The position numbers and the translations under genes are program-made. The notes under the pieces are model-generated. The model was not told where the DNA came from. It saw only the letters and a program-made list of their open reading frames with translations, and did not search any database. From an uncultured Chloroflexia bacterium (GTDB lineage: Bacteria; Chloroflexota; Anaerolineae; JAAYZQ01), in contig CAVOXA010000010.1 of the NCBI GenBank assembly GCA_963700285.1, forward strand, positions 512,001 through 576,000: 64,000 nucleotides of DNA. Direction: 5' to 3'. This document shows, piece by piece, positions 20,188 to 29,605 of this stretch (position 1 is its first letter; each line of letters begins with the position of its first letter).

Positions 20188-21519
20188 ATGGAAAGTATGA
20201 GCCCAACAAAGAGGAGTTTCGAGTTCACCAAGCAGATCGGGCTAGCGCCTCCCTGCGACGTCCTGGTGGTGGGCGGAGGCATCGCCGGTACCATGGCCGC
20301 TCTGGCTGCGGCCCGAAGGGGTGCCCAGGTCCTGTTGCTGGAGCGCTATGGTTTCCTGGGCGGTACACCGGTGGCCAATGCCGGACCCCACTATTGTTTC
20401 TGCGGCGACACGGCCGGGCAGGGCCAGCTCTTTGACGAATTGCTGGCCGGGCTGGAGGAGCTGGGCGCGGTTGTGCCCTACGAGCCGTGGGACCCCGAAG
20501 CGATCCTGCGCTTCTCCCACGACCACTGGGATTACAGTGTGGCCCGCTATTTTGACAGTACGATGTACCAACTGGCCTTGCAGGAGCTGGTACTCCGGGA
20601 AAAGGGCATCCGTCTTCTGTTGCACTCGCAGGTCGTTGACGGGGTGATGGACGGCGGTCAGGTCACCGCCGTCATCTTTTACAACCCGTCGGGCTTGCAG
20701 GCGATCCTGCCCCGGGTGGTAGTCGACTGCACGGGCGACGCTTACCTGGCAGCAGCAGCCAGTTTTCCCTGTATTAGCGGCCGGGACCACGATGGCATGC
20801 CGCTGCCCTTGTCCTTGCGTCTGAGCCTGAGAGATACGGGCGAGCGGGTAGAAGCAGTGCTACCCTCCTGGAGCGAGAATTACGAGCAAACGGCGAACAT
20901 GCCAATGGTGTCACTCACCCTCGACCAGGAGAGCCTCGCTGATTTTCGCGTCAAGGTTGCCGGCTATGATCCCACCTGCGGAGAGGGCATTACCCAGGCA
21001 GAGGTAGCCTCCCGCAGAGAGGTGCCCGGGATCCTGCACTTTTTGCAGACCCATGGCTATCCCAATCACAAACTGGACAGCATCAGTACCCAGGTCGGCG
21101 TGCGCGTTGGCCGGCGGATCGTGGGCGAATACACGCTCAGCGAAGAGGACGCGCGAAGTGGGGCTGGTTTCAAGGACAGCATCGCCAGGGGGACCTGCAA
21201 CCTGTCGGACAGAAGCCTAATGGATGGCTCGACGGACAGGCAAACCCACGACGAATTGGACGTTGTCGTGGTACCGGCCTACCAGATCCCCTATCGCAGC
21301 CTGGTTCCCCGAGGCGGACAAAACATCCTGGCGGCCGGACGTTGTTTCTCGGCCGACCACCGGGCGCTTTCGTCGGCCAGGATGATGCCGGCCTGCGCGA
21401 TGATGGGCCAGGCCGCGGGCGCAGCGGCAGCCAGGAGCGCCAGCACCGGCCGGGCCGTCATGGACGTGGACATCCCAGCCTTGCAGGAAGAGCTGAGAGC
21501 GGCAGGAGCCGAATTCTAA
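20188..21519 (+). CDS. FAD-dependent oxidoreductase (FAD_oxidored family)
   Basis: VVGGGIAG, LERYGFLGG, VDCTGDA, YQIPYRSL and AGRCFS..H...SARMM..C..MGQAAG motifs. Confidence 0.9.
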   Translation: MESMSPTKRSFEFTKQIGLAPPCDVLVVGGGIAGTMAALAAARRGAQVLLLERYGFLGGTPVANAGPHYCFCGDTAGQGQLFDELLAGLEELGAVVPYEPWDPEAILRFSHDHWDYSVARYFDSTMYQLALQELVLREKGIRLLLHSQVVDGVMDGGQVTAVIFYNPSGLQAILPRVVVDCTGDAYLAAAASFPCISGRDHDGMPLPLSLRLSLRDTGERVEAVLPSWSENYEQTANMPMVSLTLDQESLADFRVKVAGYDPTCGEGITQAEVASRREVPGILHFLQTHGYPNHKLDSISTQVGVRVGRRIVGEYTLSEEDARSGAGFKDSIARGTCNLSDRSLMDGSTDRQTHDELDVVVVPAYQIPYRSLVPRGGQNILAAGRCFSADHRALSSARMMPACAMMGQAAGAAAARSASTGRAVMDVDIPALQEELRAAGAEF

Positions 21520-21528
21520 GGCAAAGCC

Positions 21529-21578
21529 CAACATCCCGCAAGTTATCCAGGACTGGAACCAGAACTTGCGGGATATTG
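21529..21578. other. Intergenic inverted repeat
   Basis: CAACATCCCGCAAGTT...AACTTGCGGGATATTG, 15/16 complementary. Confidence 0.6.
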
Positions 21579-21601
21579 TCAATAATGGGAAAGAGGTTCA
21601 C

Positions 21602-22636
21602 ATGAGGTTAGCTACTTTTGTTGCACGAGAGCGCGAGCGCATTGGCTTTGTCCTGGACAATCAGGTGTATGGCTTGCTCGAAACGCAAAAGGCCGTGGCC
21701 GACCTGCGTATCGGCGGCCCCAAGCCAGAGTTCCTGGGCGGCCAGGCCTTTCCTGAAACCATGGAGGGTCTGTTGGCCCTGGGCCGGCCGGCCCTCGATG
21801 GCGCTCGCCGAGTCGAAGATTTTGTCCGGACCTATGCCGATCAGGGTCGGGACCCATACGAACTGCGGCACGCCGCATTTCACCTGGATGAAGTGCATTT
21901 GCGGGCCCCTATACCCCGCCCCCGTTTCCTGTTCGGCCTGACCGGCAACAGTCCTCAGTTCTGGCGGGGCAAAGGACTGCCCATTGTGCAATACCCCGTC
22001 GGCCTGCTGCGGCCTTGGACCTGTGTCCGGGGGCACATGGAGACCGTGACCATTCCGCCCATCTACCGTGAGATCCGCTGCGCCTCGGAGTTGGGTGTGG
22101 TGGTTGCACCCGGTGGCCGCGACATCCCGCGCAAGAAGGCCATGGACCACGTCGTTGGCTACACCTGCGTCAATGACATCGTATCCAACCACTGGAAGGA
22201 CATCTACACAGCAAATGCTGGAGATGATCCGGCCTTTATCGATCTGTGCACCTCCAGCTTTTATGGCCGTGCTACCAACGGGTTTGCGCCGGTGGGGCCC
22301 TATATCACCACAGCCGAGGAAGTGGGCGACCCATACGGCCTGCTGGTCTACTCGCGCATGTCAACAGACGAGTCTGCAGCCCCCATCACACGGGACCGCG
22401 CCCATACCAATGCCATGATCGTCGGCATTGAAGACGCCATCGCCTGGCTGTCGCGGCTGGTGACCCTGCCGCCGGGAGCGATCATCTATATGGGCACCAT
22501 GGGCGTGGACGGCTACCAGGTCTATCCCGACCAGTTTTTCAGACCGGGTGGCTATGTGGAGGTTGAGTACGAGCGCGTTGGGGTTTTGCGCAGCCCTATC
22601 GATGACCAGCGACCAAGGGCAGAAAGCGAGAGATGA
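21602..22636 (+). CDS. Fumarylacetoacetate hydrolase (FAH) family protein, atypical
   Basis: LRAPIPRP, ELGVVV, GYTCVND, PVGPYI and TLPPG..I.MGT motifs. Confidence 0.82.
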   Translation: MRLATFVARERERIGFVLDNQVYGLLETQKAVADLRIGGPKPEFLGGQAFPETMEGLLALGRPALDGARRVEDFVRTYADQGRDPYELRHAAFHLDEVHLRAPIPRPRFLFGLTGNSPQFWRGKGLPIVQYPVGLLRPWTCVRGHMETVTIPPIYREIRCASELGVVVAPGGRDIPRKKAMDHVVGYTCVNDIVSNHWKDIYTANAGDDPAFIDLCTSSFYGRATNGFAPVGPYITTAEEVGDPYGLLVYSRMSTDESAAPITRDRAHTNAMIVGIEDAIAWLSRLVTLPPGAIIYMGTMGVDGYQVYPDQFFRPGGYVEVEYERVGVLRSPIDDQRPRAESER

Positions 22637-22639
22637 GCA

Positions 22640-23308
22640 ATGTTAAACTGTTGGCATCTGTGGCTGTGTGAGGCCAATTACCGCGAGGTAGGGGATCTGG
22701 AGGGCATTCCTCCACGCCCCCACGTCTTGGCCTATCAGGCACCAGCTACCTCGTTGACCGAGGGTGGCCCAGTGATAATCCCTGCGCGTGCGCGGAGTAT
22801 CTCGTGTAGCTGCGAGCTGGCAGTCGAGATCAACCAGACTATTCACCAGGCAGATGAATCGCTGGCAGAGCGGGGCATACGCGGTTATCGTGTCCTGGCT
22901 GGATTTCGTGATTCGTCACTATTCGAAGAGGTACCCCAACCCACGCCGCGAGACGAGGGGGTATGTGTTTACTATGCCCGCTGGGCGGATACATTCAACT
23001 GTGTGGGCCCGTTGGTGCCACGCTCCCAGGTGGACGATCCCCACAGCGCGCAGATGAGTGTCGAGATCGACGGTTTCGCTCCGGTGCTAACCGATTCGAA
23101 CGACTATTTGCACCGGGCGCCAGCGGCGATTGCTACCCTGTCCCAATTCGCCACGTTGCAGCCTGGTGACATTATCTCATTGGGCCGGGCGGGAAGCATG
23201 GTCGAGATTCCGGCCGGCCAATCCCTTGCCAGCCGGGCACGGGTTCTGGCCAAGATCGCCGGTGTAGGGCGGGTCGAGGCATCCATTGAGGATGGGCGAC
23301 GCACCTAG
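22640..23308 (+). CDS. Degenerate FAH family protein
   Basis: ELAVEI, IRGY, VGPLVP and TLQPGDIISLG motifs. Start codon uncertain. Confidence 0.7.
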   Translation: MLNCWHLWLCEANYREVGDLEGIPPRPHVLAYQAPATSLTEGGPVIIPARARSISCSCELAVEINQTIHQADESLAERGIRGYRVLAGFRDSSLFEEVPQPTPRDEGVCVYYARWADTFNCVGPLVPRSQVDDPHSAQMSVEIDGFAPVLTDSNDYLHRAPAAIATLSQFATLQPGDIISLGRAGSMVEIPAGQSLASRARVLAKIAGVGRVEASIEDGRRT

Positions 23309-23328
23309 GGGAGGAGGGGTTTTCAACC

Positions 23329-24117
23329 ATGGATCTGGAGTTACGGGGCAAGGTGGCATTGGTCACTGCAGCCAGCAAGGGTATGGGCAAGGCGGCGGCA
23401 AAACGATTCGCGCAGGAGGGCGCCTCGATAGCCATCTGCGCCCGGGGTCAAGAAGGCCTGGAAGCTACGGCCAGCGAGATCCAACGGACCACTGGCGCCA
23501 GAGTATTGGCTGTACAAGCTGACCTGTCGGTGGCCAACGACGTCCATCGCGTCGTTGAATCAACACTGGCGCAGTATGGGCGCATCGACGCCCTGGTCTG
23601 CAATGCCGGAGGGCCGCCCGCACTGCACTTTGAGGACGCCACGGAGCATGACTGGTCCAAGGCGCTGGATCTGAGCCTGCACAGCACCATGCGCCTGGTA
23701 CGCCAGGTGATACCCACCATGCGCGAGCAAGGGGGTGGCAGCATCGCGGCCATTACCTCCACAACCGTTCAGGAGCCAAGCTACGGCCTGATCCTGTCCA
23801 CCGTTCCCCGGTTAGGGGTCGCGGGCCTATTCAAGGCACTGTCCAAAGAATATGGGGCCGATGGTATCCGCTTCAACGTCGTCTCCCCGGGCGGCTTTCG
23901 CACCGACCGGAGCGTGGAGCTGATGGAAAAGCGCGCGCAGGAGGCCGGCCAATCCATTGAGGAACTGGTACTTGAAGCAGGGCAAGGGGTACCTCTGGGA
24001 CGCCTGGGCGAGCCGGAGGAGATTGCCGACGTCATCGTCTTTCTGTGCTCGGCCAGGGCCAGCTATGTGACCGGGACACTCATCGCCGTTGATGGGGGGC
24101 GTGTTCACGGCCTCTGA
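23329..24117 (+). CDS. SDR family oxidoreductase
   Basis: VTAASKGMG, NAGGPP, LSTVPR and GEPEEIA motifs (atypical SDR without YxxxK). Confidence 0.92.
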   Translation: MDLELRGKVALVTAASKGMGKAAAKRFAQEGASIAICARGQEGLEATASEIQRTTGARVLAVQADLSVANDVHRVVESTLAQYGRIDALVCNAGGPPALHFEDATEHDWSKALDLSLHSTMRLVRQVIPTMREQGGGSIAAITSTTVQEPSYGLILSTVPRLGVAGLFKALSKEYGADGIRFNVVSPGGFRTDRSVELMEKRAQEAGQSIEELVLEAGQGVPLGRLGEPEEIADVIVFLCSARASYVTGTLIAVDGGRVHGL

Positions 24118-24135
24118 GCCCGCTGATGGTGCTAT

Positions 24136-25371
24136 GTGAACCCACGGCAGTTGCGCAGAACCAAATCCCGAGATCTCGTCCTCATGCTGGTGCTCGTGTT
24201 CATCGCTGGACTCTGCGAATACAGCGTCGGTGTCCTGGTGCCTCTGGCAGCCGATGCCAGGGGAGCCAGCAATACCTGGGTTGGGGTTCTGGTTGGTGCG
24301 CCACAATTGATGCTGGTTCTAACCATGATCCCCAGCACCCACTGGGTGACATCTTGGCGACGGAGGACCGTATTGGCTTTGGGCACTGGGCTGCAAGGCG
24401 TGGGCGCGCTAGGCCACGCTGCGATCCCGAACCCTTCGGGGATGCTCTTGGCCCAACTGTTCCTGGGACTGGGTCTGGCCCTCTTTTGGCCCGCGTACCT
24501 CAGCTACTTTGGCTCGATTGTGCATGGGGACGCAGCCAACGAATGGCAGGGCCGCCGTGCAGCGGTGGAAGGAGTAGCCCTCCTGGCCGCGCCTGTATGC
24601 GCAACCATTCTGGCCCAAGTACTGGGCTACGGGAGTACCTTCGCGGCGATTGGCTTGATCACCGTCACCATTGCCCTGACCCCGCTGCTGCTCATGACGC
24701 CGGAAACGCGTCCCCTGAGCCACCGGACCCCCAGAACCGGCCTGACCGTCACGGCCCGCCAAGTTGGCCACATGCTCAAGCGTCCGGCCTTGCTGATGAT
24801 CTTTGGCCTGATCTCCATCGGAACGGTCCTGGTCATTCGGATGGGAGGTCCTTTTCTGACGCTCTACCTATCGAGTCTTGGCTACAGCCAGGTGGCCGTT
24901 GGACTGCTACTCAGTCTGCAATCTCTCAGCAAGATATTCTTTCAAACAGGATATGGCCGAATGGCCCGGCGGGTACGACACGTCTATCTCCTGACACTGT
25001 CCATTCTATTTACAGCCCTGACCAATATGCTCCTGCCAGCTTTCACCCTGCCTGTCCTGCTGATTGCCCTCTTGCTGGTCAGTGGCGCCTTCCTGGCGCC
25101 CTACAATCCAGGCATGGTTAGCCTGGTGCATGGCCAGTTTTCTGAAGGGGAACGGGATCTAGGTATGGCCCTGTGGATCACCACCTTGAGCTTGACTGGC
25201 TGGTTGGCAGCGCCAGCGCTGGGCGCTCTGAGCGATGCGGTGGGCCTGGCTGCCATGTTCTCCATCGCCAGTTTCTTGGTCATCCTGACGACGATTACCC
25301 TGGTAGGGTCTGCCCGATGGATGGCGCAACAGGAGAATGCGCCCGGCGAAATGGCAAAGCTTTGGCGTTGA
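24136..25371 (+). CDS. MFS transporter
   Basis: About 12 hydrophobic segments in 411 aa, with MFS-like loops. Confidence 0.85.
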   Translation: MNPRQLRRTKSRDLVLMLVLVFIAGLCEYSVGVLVPLAADARGASNTWVGVLVGAPQLMLVLTMIPSTHWVTSWRRRTVLALGTGLQGVGALGHAAIPNPSGMLLAQLFLGLGLALFWPAYLSYFGSIVHGDAANEWQGRRAAVEGVALLAAPVCATILAQVLGYGSTFAAIGLITVTIALTPLLLMTPETRPLSHRTPRTGLTVTARQVGHMLKRPALLMIFGLISIGTVLVIRMGGPFLTLYLSSLGYSQVAVGLLLSLQSLSKIFFQTGYGRMARRVRHVYLLTLSILFTALTNMLLPAFTLPVLLIALLLVSGAFLAPYNPGMVSLVHGQFSEGERDLGMALWITTLSLTGWLAAPALGALSDAVGLAAMFSIASFLVILTTITLVGSARWMAQQENAPGEMAKLWR

Positions 25372-25429
25372 GGGTGTCGGTATGAAGCCCTACCCAACAC
25401 AGAGAACATCCAACACGGAGGAATAGGAC

Positions 25430-26446
25430 ATGAGCAGTTACGATATCGATGAAAAACTCGCAACATACCGCCAGGCATGCCGCCTGGGAACAGACTGGCT
25501 CTTGGGTTTCATGAATCCAGATGGGTCTCTTGGCCCTGTCCAGGAGCGGCTGTTCTACTATCGCGTTCCCTGGGCATTGGCCCTCATGGGTGAGATCACG
25601 GCTGCCAGCCGGGTACTGGACTGGATCTCTCAGAAAATGTTCACGACAGATGGAGCTTTTGAGGGCGTCTCCCCTCGGGGCGTATTCGACGAGCGCTACG
25701 GGTCCTATCCGCTGGCGTGTCTCATCGTTGGCGCAACTCTGCTGCGACGCTTTGACATCGTCTATCCCGGCACAAGGCATCTGCTGACCTGGCAGGATCC
25801 AGAGTCGGGGGGATTCTACAACAACCGTACGGACTCGACAGATAGCTGCGAGCAGGAGCTCTTTCCTGCCTGTCAGGGCGGAATGACCTTTATCCTGACC
25901 GGCCAGATTGAGGCCGCCAGGAAAGCCGGCGAGTGGGTGAGACATCTGTGGGAACTGCAGCCCGACGTAGAGCACGAGCTGTACCACGTCTACAGCCCAG
26001 CGCAGGGGCTGGTCACCGATTTTTCCCCAGACCAGCAGGCTGTATATCTGACCCGCAAAGACCACCCCTGGCAGTATCACTACAACGGCGGCATTGCCGC
26101 GGCCTTCCTGACCAAGCTGTACATGGCGACCGGAGACGAAGAATGGCTGGATCTGGCCCGCAAGTACCAGGCATTCTCGATGACAAGCGACGAGTGCCAG
26201 TTCCAATCCATGCAGACCTGCAAGTCTGGCTGGGGATCGGGCCTGCTCTACGTGGCCACCCGGGAGCGGGCCTACAGGGACTGGACAGTCCGCCTGGGAG
26301 ATTGGTTCGTAGGAAACCAGTTTGAGGATGGTCACTGGGAGAACACCAAACACTGGACGCCAGATCCAACGGACGACATCAATATTGAGGTCACGGCCGA
26401 GTTTGTGATGCACATGGCGAATCTCATCTCCTATCTCTCGGTCTGA
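25430..26446 (+). CDS. Hypothetical (alpha/alpha)6-barrel protein with prenyltransferase/QW-like repeats
   Basis: WLLGFMNPDGS, LLTWQDPESGGF and WFVGNQFEDGHW repeats. GGAGG RBS. Confidence 0.65.
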   Translation: MSSYDIDEKLATYRQACRLGTDWLLGFMNPDGSLGPVQERLFYYRVPWALALMGEITAASRVLDWISQKMFTTDGAFEGVSPRGVFDERYGSYPLACLIVGATLLRRFDIVYPGTRHLLTWQDPESGGFYNNRTDSTDSCEQELFPACQGGMTFILTGQIEAARKAGEWVRHLWELQPDVEHELYHVYSPAQGLVTDFSPDQQAVYLTRKDHPWQYHYNGGIAAAFLTKLYMATGDEEWLDLARKYQAFSMTSDECQFQSMQTCKSGWGSGLLYVATRERAYRDWTVRLGDWFVGNQFEDGHWENTKHWTPDPTDDINIEVTAEFVMHMANLISYLSV

Positions 26447-26555
26447 CCCTGCCGCCGTCAACAGGAGGGCTGGAGATTCTGGCCACAATCGTGACCGATT
26501 CACAGGGTAGGATTCTCATGTTGAGCGACAAATCATTTATGAAAGGAAAACTTTG

Positions 26556-27371
26556 ATGAGTGACTTTGACCGAGCTGCCAACAGGACGCTTCGACCGAAC
26601 CGAGTATTGGACCGGATACGGGCTGGTAAATATGTGCTGACCGGCAGCACCACACCCTATCCCTCACCCAAGATTTCCGAGATGATGGGGCTTGTCGGCT
26701 TTGACTGCGTCTGGATCGACATGGAGCACCAGGATTTTTCCTGGGACCAGGCATTCAACATGTGCCTGGCCGCCCGCGCCTCAGGCATGGAGCCGATGAT
26801 CCGCGTACGAAAGGAGGGGGATCAGTCATTCTTCCGGGTCTTTGAGGCTGGGGCAACTGGTATCATGGTGCCCCATGTGCGTACGATGGAGGAGGCTGAG
26901 TGGGCGCTCAAATTCTGCCGCTTTGCGCCCGTCGGGCTGCGGGGCATGGACGGCGTGGAAGCGGCGGCCAAATACAGCCTGGCGCCCATGCAGGAATACA
27001 TAGACTGGACGCTGCGTGAGACCTTTGTCCTTTTCCAGGTGGAAGACAAAGAAACCTTGGACATCCTGGACGATATCGCAGAAATGGATGGCCTGAACGG
27101 GCTCTTTTTTGGACCCGGTGACATGTCGCAATCCCTGGGCATCCCTCTGCAGTTCGATCATCCCCAGATGCACGAAGCGCGCAAACTGGTGGCCGCAACC
27201 GCCAAGAAACACGGCAAGTTCTGGGGCATGCCCGTGGGAAATGCAGCCCAGGCGGCAAAGCTGAATAGAGAAGAGGGCGCCCAGTTCTTTGCTTGCGGCG
27301 CAGCCATCATTATCTTGCTGGCAGGCTACCAGTCGATCCGGGACGACTTTGATCAAGTAATGGGACCGTAG
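26556..27371 (+). CDS. HpcH/HpaI aldolase family protein
   Basis: GFDCVWIDMEH, GIMVPHV, FQVE and FGPGDMS motifs. Confidence 0.9.
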   Translation: MSDFDRAANRTLRPNRVLDRIRAGKYVLTGSTTPYPSPKISEMMGLVGFDCVWIDMEHQDFSWDQAFNMCLAARASGMEPMIRVRKEGDQSFFRVFEAGATGIMVPHVRTMEEAEWALKFCRFAPVGLRGMDGVEAAAKYSLAPMQEYIDWTLRETFVLFQVEDKETLDILDDIAEMDGLNGLFFGPGDMSQSLGIPLQFDHPQMHEARKLVAATAKKHGKFWGMPVGNAAQAAKLNREEGAQFFACGAAIIILLAGYQSIRDDFDQVMGP

Positions 27372-27422
27372 CTTGAGTAGGGGACACTCTTACTGGGTGC
27401 TGGAACAGAGAGGAGATTCTAG

Positions 27423-28460
27423 ATGGTCAACAGGGAGATCAAGATCGGCATCGTCGGTTCGGGATTTATGGGGCGAACCTACGCCGAAACGACGACAAAG
27501 TACAACCGTCACGCCCGCCTGATCGCCGTCGCGGGCGGCACGCGAGCAGAGAGACTGGCCGCCGACTATGACGTGGACCTTGAACCTTCGGTGGAGGATC
27601 TGATGGCCCGCGACGATGTGGATGCCGTCATCCTGACCCCTCCCGAGTCGGTCCACCTGGAACACACGCGGATGGCAGCCGCCGCCGGCAAGCATGTACT
27701 GGCCGAGAAGCCCATGGCGCCCGATGTAGCCCAGTGCCAGGCCATGATCGACGCCTGTCGGGACGCTGGCGTCACACTCATGGTCGTTCAGAGCCAACGC
27801 TTTCGCGGTGTACACCAGCGGGCCAGAGGACTGTTGGACGAGGAGCGCATCGGTGAGGTGTGGCAGGTGCGCCACTGGTCCAATTTTCCCATCGAATGGT
27901 CAGTACCAGTGGTCGGCGACCGGCCCTGGTACGCAGACCCGGAGGGCGGGCTATTCCTGGGCCAATGCGTACACAACTTTGATATGATGCGCTGGCTGGT
28001 GGGCAGCGAGGCCAACCAGGTCTATGCCCACGTCACCTCCCACGGTGACCACGGCCTGCCTAATCTGAGTGTGATGGCCCAGGTCGAGTTCCAGAACGGA
28101 GCGACGGGCCAGCTATGGGTCTGCCTGGAGTTGCCTGGCGTAGGATTTCCTCAGAGCCGGTTTCACTCCCAGGTCGTTGGTAGCAAGGGACTGCTGGACT
28201 TTGACGGGTATACACACCTGGACCTGGCAGTCGACGGTGCCTGGGAACGTGTCTGGGAACAGCCTGGCTTTGACCCGCTGGATCCCATGGATCCGGTGCG
28301 CCTGGAATCATATACCGCCCAGAACCAGGCGTTCATCGACAGCATCCTCGAGGGACAGCCACCGCCCGTCAGCGGTGAGGATGGCCGCGCCGCGGTGGAA
28401 TTGTGCCAGGCCAGCCTGCTTTCGGCGCGCAGCGGCCAGGCCATCACCCTGCCCCTCTGA
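27423..28460 (+). CDS. Gfo/Idh/MocA family oxidoreductase
   Basis: GIVGSGFMG, GKHVLAEKPM and HNFD motifs. Confidence 0.92.
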   Translation: MVNREIKIGIVGSGFMGRTYAETTTKYNRHARLIAVAGGTRAERLAADYDVDLEPSVEDLMARDDVDAVILTPPESVHLEHTRMAAAAGKHVLAEKPMAPDVAQCQAMIDACRDAGVTLMVVQSQRFRGVHQRARGLLDEERIGEVWQVRHWSNFPIEWSVPVVGDRPWYADPEGGLFLGQCVHNFDMMRWLVGSEANQVYAHVTSHGDHGLPNLSVMAQVEFQNGATGQLWVCLELPGVGFPQSRFHSQVVGSKGLLDFDGYTHLDLAVDGAWERVWEQPGFDPLDPMDPVRLESYTAQNQAFIDSILEGQPPPVSGEDGRAAVELCQASLLSARSGQAITLPL

Positions 28461-28485
28461 GCGGTAGAGCAAGGGAGGAACCTCG

Positions 28486-29499
28486 GTGAAGGCTGTACTG
28501 CTTGACCGTGCTTCAGAGGTAAGGGTGGTCGAGATCCCCAAGCCAACTTTCGGGGAACAGGACGTGCTGGTCCAGGTCGGCGCCTGCGGAATCTGCGCCT
28601 CAGACCTGCATATGGACCAGATCAAGTTGAGGGACCCGCCCTATCCCCTGGTACCCGGGCACGAAGTGGCGGGGACCGTCGTCCACACGGGCCCGGCAGT
28701 CCGGAATGTGCACAGGGGCGAGGGGGTGGTGGTGCAGCCCGCCGTCGCCTGTGGTGTCTGCCGCCCGTGCCGGCGGGGCCATTCCAATCTCTGTCTGGAC
28801 GCGCAGGTTGTCGGACTGCATCTTCCTGGCGGCTTTGCCCAATACGTGGCCGTCCCGGGCGGCAATGCCTATCCCACCGGCGGGCTGCCAGATGACGCCG
28901 CCGCCTGTACGGAACCCCTGGCCTGCGCATTGCACGGTATGCAGCGCCTGGCGCCCCGCCCGGCTGATGGGGTACTCATCTTTGGGGCTGGTACCATCGG
29001 CTTGTTCTTCTTGCAGTTGGTGCGCCAGCAGTGCGCCGGGCCGATCACGGTAGTCGACCTGAGCCCGTGGCGTCTGGAGATCGCAGGCAAGCTAGGCGCG
29101 GACCAGGTTATCGCAGCGGATGGTACCGAGGGAGAGAAACTGTTCCGGCAGCAGCTACTGGGCTTTGACTGTGTGGTCGATGCCACGGGAGTACCTGCCG
29201 TCATTGAGGCAGCGTACCACTACCTGGCCCCCGCAGCCAGGCTACTGCTGCTCGGCTCGCCGCCTACAGCCGCGAGCATAGCCATCCAGCCGCGCCGGAT
29301 ACAACGGCAGGATGCGACAGTGGTTGGAGCCTTCAGTTTTGGCCACGAGTTCGCCGCGGCATTGGAGCTACTACAGTCCGGATGCGTACAGACCGGGCAC
29401 ATCGTGACCCACCAGTACCCGTTGGAGGGCTTTCCTGAGGCTTGGCAACGGGCCTCCTCGGGCCAGGATTGCATCAAGGTACAGATTGTGCCTGGGTGA
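28486..29499 (+). CDS. Zn-dependent alcohol/sugar dehydrogenase
   Basis: GICASD, GHE, CGVCRPC...C and GAGTIG motifs. Confidence 0.92.
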   Translation: MKAVLLDRASEVRVVEIPKPTFGEQDVLVQVGACGICASDLHMDQIKLRDPPYPLVPGHEVAGTVVHTGPAVRNVHRGEGVVVQPAVACGVCRPCRRGHSNLCLDAQVVGLHLPGGFAQYVAVPGGNAYPTGGLPDDAAACTEPLACALHGMQRLAPRPADGVLIFGAGTIGLFFLQLVRQQCAGPITVVDLSPWRLEIAGKLGADQVIAADGTEGEKLFRQQLLGFDCVVDATGVPAVIEAAYHYLAPAARLLLLGSPPTAASIAIQPRRIQRQDATVVGAFSFGHEFAAALELLQSGCVQTGHIVTHQYPLEGFPEAWQRASSGQDCIKVQIVPG

Positions 29500-29605
29500 A
29501 GGAGCAAGGGATGGGAGTCTTTCTCATCGACATGATTTTTATCGCATCTGCGACGCGCGATCCAATTCCCTGGTAGCAGCGACGGCCTCGAGGAGGTTTA
29601 TATCC

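Noticed and set aside
25295-26503. Long antisense ORFs (also 32607-33797, 34612-35592, 51191-52090, 60144-61226)
   Set aside because: They are shadows of well-supported genes on the other strand in GC-rich DNA and have no motifs.
29511-29576. 21-codon ORF MGVFLIDMIFIASATRDPIPW with a GGAG RBS
   Set aside because: It is too short and has no recognisable features, so it cannot be told from chance.
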